A stretch of 64,000 nucleotides of DNA from assembly GCA_900540095.1 (NCBI GenBank), contig UQEO01000001.1, positions 3,308 to 67,307 of the forward strand. The letters are read 5' to 3'. Numbering within the stretch: the stretch's first letter is position 1; every line of letters starts with the position of its first letter. Positions 30,192 to 38,921 of this stretch are shown here, piece after piece. A model generated the notes under the pieces. The model was given only the letters and a program-made list of their open reading frames with translations, did not search any database and was not told the origin of the DNA. The stretch is from an uncultured Collinsella sp. GTDB lineage: Bacteria > Actinomycetota > Coriobacteriia > Coriobacteriales > Coriobacteriaceae. Position numbers and translations under genes: made by a program.

Positions 30192-30851
30192 CTACTCTCC
30201 GAGCATCTCTTGGAGCTTGGCTGCCACGGCGTGACCCAGGCTCTCATGGCTTTCGGGCATCATATGCAGATAGTCGATATCGCCCGGCTCGGCAAAGTCG
30301 GCGGCATTCAAAAAGTCGCAGCCAAACTGCTCAGCCACATGCGCGTAGTACTCACCAAAATGTTCCGAGGCTTCTACGGAATGCTCGTCAAAATCGGTCA
30401 TATATACGTCGGCGATCTGCGGCTTAATCTTGATAGGCGCCATCAGCAGAATGCGCGGACAAGGCGCAGCGTCGGTCCACGGAAACGCGCGGACGGCGCG
30501 AATCAGCGCCATGGCGCCACGAGCGATATCGGCAGCCGTCACGTTAAAGACCGTCTTGCAGTCGTTGGTGCCCAGCATGATCACAATGGCGTCCAGCGGC
30601 TTATGGGCCTCGAGCATCATCGGAAGCGCGCGAATGCCGTTAAGATTGGTGTCCAGATGGCACATGTCGTCGCGTACCGTCGTGCGGCCGTTGAGGCCTT
30701 CTTCAATTACATGCCAGCCCTCGCCTAAGTCACGTTGGGCCACGCCACACCAGCGCACATCCCGCGCATAGCGCACCGCGGTGCCGTCGCGCATGCCCGC
30801 CGGATCGTAACCATAGGTGTTGCTGTCGCCAAAGCATAGAACGTTTTTCAT
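30192..30851 (-). CDS. SGNH/GDSL hydrolase (arylesterase-like)
   Basis: FGDSNT.G, EEGL.GRTT, MLGTND and D..H blocks. Confidence 0.92.
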   Translation of the reverse strand: MKNVLCFGDSNTYGYDPAGMRDGTAVRYARDVRWCGVAQRDLGEGWHVIEEGLNGRTTVRDDMCHLDTNLNGIRALPMMLEAHKPLDAIVIMLGTNDCKTVFNVTAADIARGAMALIRAVRAFPWTDAAPCPRILLMAPIKIKPQIADVYMTDFDEHSVEASEHFGEYYAHVAEQFGCDFLNAADFAEPGDIDYLHMMPESHESLGHAVAAKLQEMLGE

Positions 30852-30930
30852 CGTAAGCCCTTCCTTTTAGTAAAAAGCCGGCGGGAGCAGCCTCTCCCGC
30901 CGGCTCGACCTATCTGTCAACACGTACCGG

Positions 30931-32082
30931 TTACAGGTACTTGCGCCAATCGTCCTCGTCCTCATCATCCTCGGTAGCAGCCTGGGCCTGCTCGGCGGCG
31001 CGAGCTGCCGCAGCGCGAGCGGCAACCTGAGCATAGGACTCCTCGTTGCGCTCGGGGAAGTTTGCCAGCACGTGCTCGAACTTGGCAAAATCCTCATCCC
31101 AGCGCGTAGAAGGCACGGCAAAGAAGACTTGCTTGACCTTAAAGTCGCCCGACACGAGCTCCTTGCGGAAGAGCTCGGCCACGGCCTCTGCGTCAAAGCC
31201 GTTGTTGTCGCAGCCCCAAGCACCCAGCACGAGCTTCTCGCGACCCAGCTCGTCGCAGATGGCAAGCACAAAGCGAATGCGGTCGCGCAGGGCATCCAGC
31301 AGAGCATCGTCGCTCACGCGATACTCCTGGCGGGCGCGCTTAACGTTGGGCGCGGCGGCCACGATCACGTCGGCGTATGCATGCACGTGGTTGCGGTCGA
31401 AGCGCACCGCAGGCACCACTAGGGCGCGGTTACGATAGAGCTCGCAGTTGATGTTGCGGCGACGGTTCTCGCCGTACCATTTGCGCTGCTTATCGAGAAC
31501 GTTGTACAGATACGAATCGGCGCACAGTGTGGCCTCCTGGCCCAGATAACCCTGAATATAGCCACCGCCCGGGTTGGTGAACGAGGCAAAGGCGAGCACG
31601 GCCATGTCGCAGAACTGCGCATAGCCACGACCGTTGTCCAAGATGGCCTGCGTGGCGGAGGCATCGAGCACGGTGACCTCAGGCAGAGACGCAGCAGGCT
31701 CCTCAGCAGGCGCGGACTCAGCTTCGGCGATTTCCTCGGCAGGCTCCTCGACGGGCTCAGGAGCTGCCTCGGTCTCGGGCGCTGCCTCGCTCTCGGGTGC
31801 CGCCTCGACCTCGGCAGCCTCCGCGCCCTCGACGTCCTCGGCAACCTGTTCTTCGGTGGCCACAGCACTCTGAACCTTGGCCTTCATCGCCGAGACAAAG
31901 CCGGCAGGCATACCGTCAAACTCGCGAACACCGGCAAGCGAACGCTCGATATCCTTGGCGCACGCTTCGGACACAGTTGCCACGTGACGCTCGGCGGCCT
32001 TGGCACGGGCCTCGCGCTTGGGATTGGGCTGACCCGCTCGGTTGGACCTGCGGTTACGGTTCCTGTTGTCGACGTCTGCCAT
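30931..32082 (-). CDS. TIGR02452/DUF2263 bacterial PARG-like macrodomain protein with degenerate active site
   Basis: FAS..NPGGG, AAPN and LVLGAWGC motifs; acidic low-complexity linker. Confidence 0.8.
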   Translation of the reverse strand: MADVDNRNRNRRSNRAGQPNPKREARAKAAERHVATVSEACAKDIERSLAGVREFDGMPAGFVSAMKAKVQSAVATEEQVAEDVEGAEAAEVEAAPESEAAPETEAAPEPVEEPAEEIAEAESAPAEEPAASLPEVTVLDASATQAILDNGRGYAQFCDMAVLAFASFTNPGGGYIQGYLGQEATLCADSYLYNVLDKQRKWYGENRRRNINCELYRNRALVVPAVRFDRNHVHAYADVIVAAAPNVKRARQEYRVSDDALLDALRDRIRFVLAICDELGREKLVLGAWGCDNNGFDAEAVAELFRKELVSGDFKVKQVFFAVPSTRWDEDFAKFEHVLANFPERNEESYAQVAARAAAARAAEQAQAATEDDEDEDDWRKYL

Positions 32083-32220
32083 AAGTGGTCACCTTTCTCG
32101 GTCTCTGCCGCTATCGGCTTTTCCCATCCATGATACCCCGCCGCGTACAAAAAAGACGGCCCCGAAGGACCGCCTTTCGCATCGATTTGCACGCACGGCA
32201 AGCACCGCCGCAATTCGCCA

Positions 32221-32916
32221 CTAGTCGCGACGGCCGAGGATGTTCAGAATGCGCAGGAACACGTTGATAATATCCACGAACAGGTTAGAGGCCATGAGCA
32301 CGGCGTTGGGCAGCGTAGGCGGCACCGTCGCGGCAACATAGGTGTCGTAGCCAATAAAGCCAGCGAACACCACAATCACGATCAGGTCGGTGATGGACTG
32401 CGAAACGCCCATGAACATCAGCACGATCTCAACCAGAATAGTGGCGAGCAGAATACCAAAACCGATGCCATACACACGCTGGAAAAACTTGGGGAAGGTC
32501 ACGCCAAGCGCGCCAAAGACAAAGGTGATGGCGGCCGTGGCGATAAAAGCGGTGTTGATGGTGGGCAGGTCATAGTTGGCAAGGCCAAACGACGCGGTCA
32601 GGCCAAAGGTACTCGCAAAGATTACGTAGCCCACAAGGGACAGGCCCACGGACTGCTTACTGGCGGCGGCCGACATCATGACCATGCCGACGATGGTCAA
32701 AATAAACGAGCCAAAGACCAGCGGCAAGGCGGCGCCGCTCATCATCATGCGCGCAAACGACATGGTGCTCGTAAAGTAGGCGCCGGCGCCCATGGCGCAA
32801 AAGCCCAAGAAGATCAGGGCAGACATGGCGAGATTGTACGCGCGCGGCGACATCTCCTTGGCGCGGCTTGCGCCGCTCTCGACGGGGCCGTTCTGATAGC
32901 CCTGGATATCGTTCAT
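32221..32916 (-). CDS. Bax inhibitor-1/YccA family membrane protein
   Basis: About 7 TM helices, F..FIGYDT and LF.DI.N.F..IL C-terminal motifs. Confidence 0.88.
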   Translation of the reverse strand: MNDIQGYQNGPVESGASRAKEMSPRAYNLAMSALIFLGFCAMGAGAYFTSTMSFARMMMSGAALPLVFGSFILTIVGMVMMSAAASKQSVGLSLVGYVIFASTFGLTASFGLANYDLPTINTAFIATAAITFVFGALGVTFPKFFQRVYGIGFGILLATILVEIVLMFMGVSQSITDLIVIVVFAGFIGYDTYVAATVPPTLPNAVLMASNLFVDIINVFLRILNILGRRD

Positions 32917-33000
32917 AGGTTCGTCCTTTCAAAAAGTGCCGTGAAAGACGGCGCAGCAGGTGACAAGATTCCTGTCATTGTACCCGAATGCCGTACGTCC

Positions 33001-33339
33001 TTACCCACGGCGCTCGCCCTCGAGCGTACGGTCGAATGCCCACACCCACCAACGCATCAGATGGGCCTGCGAACCATCTGGTCGTTCGCGCGTCTGGTCC
33101 TCCAGATACAACTCGGTCGCGTGCCCGCCAAAACGCACCTTATAGGTTGCCGTACGGATGCCGTGAACCGTCAGGCCAAACCCAGTGGTCGAGACAATCT
33201 CGTCAATCGTAAAGCAACGACCGTCGACCCAGCAGACGGTGACCGGCACGACCTGTCCGCCTGCGAGGATGCGAGCCACGACGTCCACATACTGCTTGTG
33301 CACGCGCCGAGTTTTGCCATCTGTCTGTCGATATTCCAT
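33001..33339 (-). CDS. Small beta-rich hypothetical protein, probably SOS-regulated
   Basis: AGGAGG RBS; KQYVDV.A...G...P....W.DGR.F.ID pattern; SOS box in the promoter. Confidence 0.75.
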   Translation of the reverse strand: MEYRQTDGKTRRVHKQYVDVVARILAGGQVVPVTVCWVDGRCFTIDEIVSTTGFGLTVHGIRTATYKVRFGGHATELYLEDQTRERPDGSQAHLMRWWVWAFDRTLEGERRG

Positions 33340-33351
33340 GCCTCCTATTAT

Positions 33352-33365
33352 CGAACGCATGTTTG
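33352..33365. promoter_or_regulatory. Putative LexA (SOS) box CGAAC-GCAT-GTTTG
   Basis: One mismatch to the Gram-positive CGAAC-N4-GTTCG consensus; lies between minus-strand TTTACA (-35) and GATAAT (-10). Confidence 0.7.
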
Positions 33366-33589
33366 CATGTTGTAAAGCGAACAGACTGTGGTTTTGGAGT
33401 GTCGTAGTAATCGCACGTGTCCGCATGGCGTGTTAGCAAAAAGAACACCCGCGGTCAACAGGGCTAATATTCAATTTTAGTGCCAAAAAGTTCACTTCTC
33501 CCATCAGAACTCGGTAAAGAAACCCACAGGAGGTGATACGATTTATCATGTTTTTGTAACGTGTCTGCAAACTTCGAGAAAGCCCATAT

Positions 33590-34639
33590 ATGGACGTAAC
33601 GTTCTCAACCTTCCTCGGCCAAATTGTGTCGAACCCAGTCCTTGCCGTCACCGTGATCCTCGCGTTGGGCGCCATCTTCGTCAATGGATGGACCGACGCG
33701 CCCAACGCCATCGCGACCTGCGTCACTACGCGTTGCATGCCCGCCCGCGCCGCCATTCTCATGAGCGCCGCATTCAACTTCCTCGGTGTGCTCATCATGA
33801 CGCACTTTAACGCGAGCGTCGCCAATACCATCTCGCATATCGTCGACTTTGGCGGAAACAGCACCATGGCGCTCGCGTGCCTCTGCGCGGCGCTGTTCTC
33901 CATCGTCGTCTACGGCGCCACAGCGTCGCGTTTTGGTATCCCCACCTCGCAAAGCCACAGCCTTATCGCCGGCCTGACCGGTGCCGCTATCGCCCTCGGC
34001 GGCGCGAGCAGCGTCAACGTCCACGAGTGGATGAAGGTCATCTACGGCCTGGCGCTCTCCATCGGCCTGGGCTTTGTCATGGGCTGGGTCCTGTGCAAGC
34101 TCGTCTCGATTCTTTTCGCCGCCGCCAACAGGCGACGTGCCAATGTCTTCTTTAAATACGCTCAGATCGCGAGCGCTGCGGCCATGAGCTTTATGCACGG
34201 CGCGCAGGATGGACAGAAGTTCATCGGCGTGCTCTTTTTAGGCGTGGCCTTTGCCAGCGGCCAGACGAGCGTCGGCGATGCAGGCATCCCCATCTGGATT
34301 ATGCTGCTGTGCTCGGCCACTATGGGTATCGGCACCAGCGTGGGCGGCGAGCGTATCATCAAGTCCGTCGGCCAGAGCATGGTCAAGCTCGAAAAGTACC
34401 AGGGCTTCTCCGCCGACCTGGCGGGCGCCGCAAACCTGCTGCTTGCCACCCTTACCGGCATCCCCGTGTCCTCCACCCACATCAAGACCTGCGCCATCAT
34501 GGGCGTCGGTGCCGTCAAGCGCCTTTCGGCCATCAACTTCGGTGTCGTCAAGGACATGATGTTCACCTGGTTCTTCACCTTCCCCGCCTGCGGACTCATC
34601 AGCTTTGTCATGGCCAAGCTGTTCATGATGTTCCTCTAG
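33590..34639 (+). CDS. pit: PiT family inorganic phosphate transporter
   Basis: NG..D..N.IAT, GIP.S.SH, HGAQD.QK and G.PVS.TH motifs. Confidence 0.93.
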   Translation: MDVTFSTFLGQIVSNPVLAVTVILALGAIFVNGWTDAPNAIATCVTTRCMPARAAILMSAAFNFLGVLIMTHFNASVANTISHIVDFGGNSTMALACLCAALFSIVVYGATASRFGIPTSQSHSLIAGLTGAAIALGGASSVNVHEWMKVIYGLALSIGLGFVMGWVLCKLVSILFAAANRRRANVFFKYAQIASAAAMSFMHGAQDGQKFIGVLFLGVAFASGQTSVGDAGIPIWIMLLCSATMGIGTSVGGERIIKSVGQSMVKLEKYQGFSADLAGAANLLLATLTGIPVSSTHIKTCAIMGVGAVKRLSAINFGVVKDMMFTWFFTFPACGLISFVMAKLFMMFL

Positions 34640-34705
34640 TCAAACCGAACGTCCATCCGGACTGCATTACCTCGCCCGCCCATCTTCACCTCGAAAGGAC
34701 CACCC

Positions 34706-35329
34706 ATGGCAAAGAAACCCGATTCGTTCTACTTTGACAACTACGTCGCCTGCGCCGACCTAGCCGTCCAGGCCGCAGAGCTGCTCACCAAGATTTTTGA
34801 GAACTTTGACCCTGCGCAGATCCACGACATGCTCGATAAGATGCATGCGATTGAGCATGCGGCAGACAAGAAGCACCACGAGCTCGAAGACGCCCTGCTC
34901 ACCGCCTTTATCACCCCGCTTGAGCGCGAGGATCTAGACCTGATGAGCTGCTCGCTCGACACCGTGCTCGATCGTATCGAGGGCGTCGTGCAGCGCGTCT
35001 ACTTCACCAACATCCAGAGCATCCACCCCGATGCCATCGTCATCGCCCACAAGGTGACCGACGCCTGCCGCGCCATGAAGGACCTGATGGTCGAGCTGCC
35101 CAACTACCGCAAGTCCAAGACCCTGCGCGAGCTCGTCATCCAGATCAACACCATCGAGTCCGAGGCCGACGAGCTCTACATCAACGCCATGCGCAACCTG
35201 CACGTTAACGGCAAGGACCCGCTCGAGGTCATCGCTTGGCGTGACGTGTACGCCTTCCTGGAGTACTGCGCCGACTGCTGCGAGAATGTGGCCGATGTCG
35301 TAGATTCGATTGTCATGAAGAACAGTTAA
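34706..35329 (+). CDS. DUF47 / PhoU-like Pit accessory protein
   Basis: EH.AD, FITP..REDL, E.EAD and LE...D..E motifs; downstream of pit. Confidence 0.9.
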   Translation: MAKKPDSFYFDNYVACADLAVQAAELLTKIFENFDPAQIHDMLDKMHAIEHAADKKHHELEDALLTAFITPLEREDLDLMSCSLDTVLDRIEGVVQRVYFTNIQSIHPDAIVIAHKVTDACRAMKDLMVELPNYRKSKTLRELVIQINTIESEADELYINAMRNLHVNGKDPLEVIAWRDVYAFLEYCADCCENVADVVDSIVMKNS

Positions 35330-35349
35330 TTGGGGGTACGTGTCCCGGC

Positions 35350-35433
35350 GGCGAAGGGCCGGCCACGGTTTGCTTTCTCACTCCGGCTGCTTTGCAGAGT
35401 CGTTCGAAAGTAAACCGTGGCCGGCCCTTCGCC
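35350..35433. repeat. Palindromic MITE/REP-like element
   Basis: 28-bp inverted arms with one mismatch (GGCGAAGGGCCGGCCACGGTTT.CTTTC) and an internal hairpin. Confidence 0.8.
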
Positions 35434-35545
35434 TTACGTACCACCATTGGGAACTTTGGGACCGCCTTAAACGTTTAGCTGGATGGGGCTTTGGGTACCC
35501 TTTGTTTTGCTTTGGGTTGATACACTGAATTTGGAGGGCTTGGTT

Positions 35546-36076
35546 GTGAGTTATTTGGATCTGGCTCGGGCTCGGTATTCTTGTCGTGAATTTGAGACTC
35601 GGGCTGTTGAGCAAGCTGTTGTGGATGCCATTGTTGAGGCTGGGCGGATTGCTCCTTCTGCTTGTAATAATCATCCAACCCGTGTGATGGTGTTGGATAC
35701 GCCTGAGCTTCTGGAGAAGGCTGCTGCTTGTCAGCCTCGGTTTGCTCGTGATGGGTCTATCTTTGGGGCTCCGCTTGTCTTCCTTATTTGCAGCGTTACC
35801 GATGATGCTTGGGTGCGCCCGTATGACCAGATGAATTCCAGCGAAATCGATACGTCCATCGTGTGTGATCAGATGATGATGGAGGCCACCGAGCAGGGCC
35901 TGGGAACGTGCTGGGTATGCCATTTTAAGCCTGAGGTGGCACAAGAACAGTTCAATCTGTCCAAGGGCGTCTATCCCTATCACATGCTCGTCTGTGGCTA
36001 TCCTGCCGACCACATCGCCGATCCCGAGCATCGCGAGGCCCGCACCATTCCCCTCCCCGACTTCCTCCTCAAGTAG
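35546..36076 (+). CDS. Nitroreductase family protein
   Basis: R.S.R.F, APSA.N..P and GLGTCW motifs; GGAGG RBS with GTG start. Confidence 0.9.
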   Translation: MSYLDLARARYSCREFETRAVEQAVVDAIVEAGRIAPSACNNHPTRVMVLDTPELLEKAAACQPRFARDGSIFGAPLVFLICSVTDDAWVRPYDQMNSSEIDTSIVCDQMMMEATEQGLGTCWVCHFKPEVAQEQFNLSKGVYPYHMLVCGYPADHIADPEHREARTIPLPDFLLK

Positions 36077-36186
36077 ATTTTTGGGACATGCCTTAAAGCC
36101 TACCCTTGACCGTTCATCCGTTCGCCGAGTTCTGCGCCACTATGTGCAGGGCTTGGTTTTTATGTTACGCACCCCGGCACAGTCAT

Positions 36187-36216
36187 AAAAAAGGACCCGC
36201 AAGCTGCGGGTCCTTT
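36187..36216 (-). terminator. Terminator at the end of the dcw/divIVA unit (possibly bidirectional)
   Basis: AAAAAAGGACCCGC/GCGGGTCCTTT stem. Confidence 0.85.
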
Positions 36217-36242
36217 CTAGGCACTAAATTGTAGGCCGAATG

Positions 36243-36917
36243 TTAGTCCAGGTCGTCGGCAGCAAAGTTGTCGATCGGGGCAAAGGGATCGGCCACGGGG
36301 ACAACCGGGTCAGCGACGGGCAGCGGCTCGGCGGGAACAGTCACTGCAGGAGAAGCGGCAGAACCGACCGGCGTGGAGGCCATGAGGTCGGCCGGGAAGG
36401 AGTTCTGGGCATCGTCCATGAAGTGCTGGATGAGCTTAAGATACTCGGCCTTGAACTCCTCACGGGAAGCCTTGAGACGATCGATCTCCTCGAGCTCGGC
36501 CTGCTTCTCGGTCAGAGCCTGGCGGATAACCTCGCGAGCCTTGGCGTCAGCCTCGTTGCGGATACGCTCAGCGTTCTCGTTGGCATCGTTAACGATGGTC
36601 TCAGCGGTCTGCTGGGCAGCGATCAGGGCAGCGGAAATCTGGCGCTCCTGAGCGGAGAAGTCAGGGGCGGGAGCAGCCACGGGGGCGGCAGGAACGGCCT
36701 GGTCGGCGGTATCCCGAGCCTGGGCAAGCTGAGCCTGTGCATCGGCAAGCTGCTGCTCGGTAGCAGTCAGACGACCCTTAAGGTCAACGATCTTAGCGAG
36801 CATAGCGTCAACCTCGGAGGACAGCGTCTCCAAGAAGACGTCGACCTCAGCAGGATCGTAGCCACGCTTGGCCTCAGAGAAAGTCTGAGCCTGGATGTCT
36901 GCAGGGGTAATAGCCAT
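36243..36917 (-). CDS. divIVA: DivIVA/Wag31 cell division protein
   Basis: ITP.DI....F....RGYD..EVD.FL N-terminus, coiled coils, dcw position. Confidence 0.95.
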   Translation of the reverse strand: MAITPADIQAQTFSEAKRGYDPAEVDVFLETLSSEVDAMLAKIVDLKGRLTATEQQLADAQAQLAQARDTADQAVPAAPVAAPAPDFSAQERQISAALIAAQQTAETIVNDANENAERIRNEADAKAREVIRQALTEKQAELEEIDRLKASREEFKAEYLKLIQHFMDDAQNSFPADLMASTPVGSAASPAVTVPAEPLPVADPVVPVADPFAPIDNFAADDLD

Positions 36918-36978
36918 AACAAGTCTCCTTTTTCATCGCCTCGGCGCTACACGCCCGACGTAAGTTACTAAGTCAGTT

Positions 36979-37260
36979 CTACACGAGTATACCTATAAGA
37001 AGCTGCAGAACCAGCCTCTGCACCAACTGCAACGCAATAATCGCAACGACCGGCGAAAAATCGATACCGCCCATCGGCGGGATGAAACGACGGAACAGGT
37101 TGAGCCACGGACCGCACACGCTATCAAGCACCGCGGCAATATCCTGAAGCAAACCACCCTGCTTCATGGGAATCCACGTCATAAAGCAGTAGACGACAAT
37201 GAGCGTGGAATAGAAGTTGAACAGCGTGTTGACCAGCTGGACGATAGTGTAGATGTTGAT
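36979..37260 (-). CDS. yggT: YggT/YlmG family membrane protein, probable ATC start
   Basis: P.L..FRR.IPP.GG.DFSP motif; frame open upstream of ATG 37182 through a TM helix to an ATC 6 nt after GAGGAG. Confidence 0.85.
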   Translation of the reverse strand: MNIYTIVQLVNTLFNFYSTLIVVYCFMTWIPMKQGGLLQDIAAVLDSVCGPWLNLFRRFIPPMGGIDFSPVVAIIALQLVQRLVLQLLIGILV

Positions 37261-37281
37261 GGGAATCTCCTCGTCTTGTCT

Positions 37282-38004
37282 TTACTTAAGGTAGCCGTCG
37301 GCACGAAGCTTCTTGAGATCGGAATCTTTGACCTCGCAACCGGCGGGCAGCACCATGAACACGCGGTCGCCCACCTCCTTGACCGTGGCGCCCAGACCGC
37401 AGGCAAAGCCGTAAGAGAAGTCCAAGACGCGCTTGGCAACTTCGGTGCGTACGCCCACAAAAATCAGTGCGACAGGCTGCTTGGTGCGAACGCGGCGCAC
37501 CACGGTCTCCACGTCGTCATAGCTCTCGGGGCGCAGGACATAGGCCGGCAGCTGCGGTGTGGCGTTGATGATATTGCTCGCATAGGCCGAGGCATCGCTC
37601 GGTGCAGGCGCGGGCGCAGCGGCGGCACGGGCGCGGGTGTTCTCGGCGTAGCTCGACGGCGTGTCATAGGCACCGGGACGATAACCGCTCGCAACACTGT
37701 CCTGCGAGCGCGAAGGCGGGTTATACGTCGTGGCATGGCGAGAGTCATCGCCGACCAGCTGCCCGGAGCGTGTATACACGGCAACCGACTCAGCTTCACC
37801 ACGGCGCGTCTGACCAAGCAGGCCGTTGCTCGGCTCGTCTTGGGTGTAGAAGCCCTCGCCCGAAGCTCCGCTGTAGCCGTTGCCCTGATAGCCATCGTCA
37901 TAGCCGTCATCGTAGCCGTAGTCGTCGTCCTGGCCATAACCCTGGTCGTAACCCTGCTGGCCGCCCAGGTGCATCTTATTTTTAATCTCGTCAAGGAAGC
38001 CCAT
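37282..38004 (-). CDS. sepF: Cell division protein SepF
   Basis: MGFLD..K N-terminal helix; C-terminal P.SYDD, R..DF..G, V...VF..P domain; between yggS and yggT. Confidence 0.9.
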   Translation of the reverse strand: MGFLDEIKNKMHLGGQQGYDQGYGQDDDYGYDDGYDDGYQGNGYSGASGEGFYTQDEPSNGLLGQTRRGEAESVAVYTRSGQLVGDDSRHATTYNPPSRSQDSVASGYRPGAYDTPSSYAENTRARAAAAPAPAPSDASAYASNIINATPQLPAYVLRPESYDDVETVVRRVRTKQPVALIFVGVRTEVAKRVLDFSYGFACGLGATVKEVGDRVFMVLPAGCEVKDSDLKKLRADGYLK

Positions 38005-38064
38005 GGTTGTGTCCTCTCGCGGTTTAGTGCAGGCGCTCCGATAATCAGTGCGCACTTCAGAGCC

Positions 38065-38802
38065 TTATTTTACTGCAAACTCCGGGCTAAATACTACCCT
38101 GCCCAGGCGAACGAGCGTAGAGCCCTCCTCAAGGGCAGGCTCAAAGTCTTCGCTCATGCCGCAGGAAAGCTCAGGCAGGTTCAAATCGGGATGCGCCGCC
38201 TCCAGCTCATCCCTCAGCTCACGAAGCCCCGCAAAGGTGCGGCGTGCCACATCCTTATTCCCCCGGGGCGCCATAGTCATAAGCCCCTGTACGCAAATTC
38301 CCTCAAGTTCCGCAAGCTCACCCGCGGCGGCGCGAATCTCATCGGGCGAAAAGCCTCCCTTCGACTCCTCACCACTTACATTGACCTCAATGAGCACACG
38401 CTGGGGGCCGGCGAGCTCGCCTGCCTCAATCTTGCGGACAGCACGGCTCGAGATCGCCTGCGCCAGATGCAGCGAACCCACCGAGTGGATCAGCTCGGCT
38501 GAGCCCAGCACCGCATTAATCTTATTGGTCTGCAGGTTGCCGATCATATCGAAGCGCACCTCGGGCAGCTCCGGATGCTCCGCCAGACCTGTGAGCTTGC
38601 GAACCAGCTCCTGCGGGCGGTTCTCGGCAAAATGGCGATACCCCGCCTGGATGGCGGCAACGGTCTCATCGACACCAACGGTCTTGGACACGGCAATGAG
38701 GCGCGCGGCGTCATGGGGACGGCCCGCGCGATCGAGCGCCGCATAAAAACGTTCCAGAATCTGCTCGCGGCGAGCGCGCATCAAGTCCAAATAGTTATCC
38801 AT
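38065..38802 (-). CDS. yggS: PLP homeostasis protein YggS/YlmE
   Basis: LIAVSK, ENR.QE, IG.LQ.NK, GLMTM and GMS.DF motifs. Confidence 0.95.
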   Translation of the reverse strand: MDNYLDLMRARREQILERFYAALDRAGRPHDAARLIAVSKTVGVDETVAAIQAGYRHFAENRPQELVRKLTGLAEHPELPEVRFDMIGNLQTNKINAVLGSAELIHSVGSLHLAQAISSRAVRKIEAGELAGPQRVLIEVNVSGEESKGGFSPDEIRAAAGELAELEGICVQGLMTMAPRGNKDVARRTFAGLRELRDELEAAHPDLNLPELSCGMSEDFEPALEEGSTLVRLGRVVFSPEFAVK

Positions 38803-38921
38803 TGCCAATCGCCTCCGCTGACAGCCAAACAAGTAGTCCCATGCTAACGCAAGAGCGCGGCCCCGCATGTGCAAGGCCGCGCTCACTTAAGTATTTACAA
38901 TCTTTCGACGAACGGGATTAC

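Noticed and set aside
4459..35433. Palindromic repeats as a CRISPR array
   Set aside because: Copies are dispersed, not tandem with regular spacers, and there are no cas genes.
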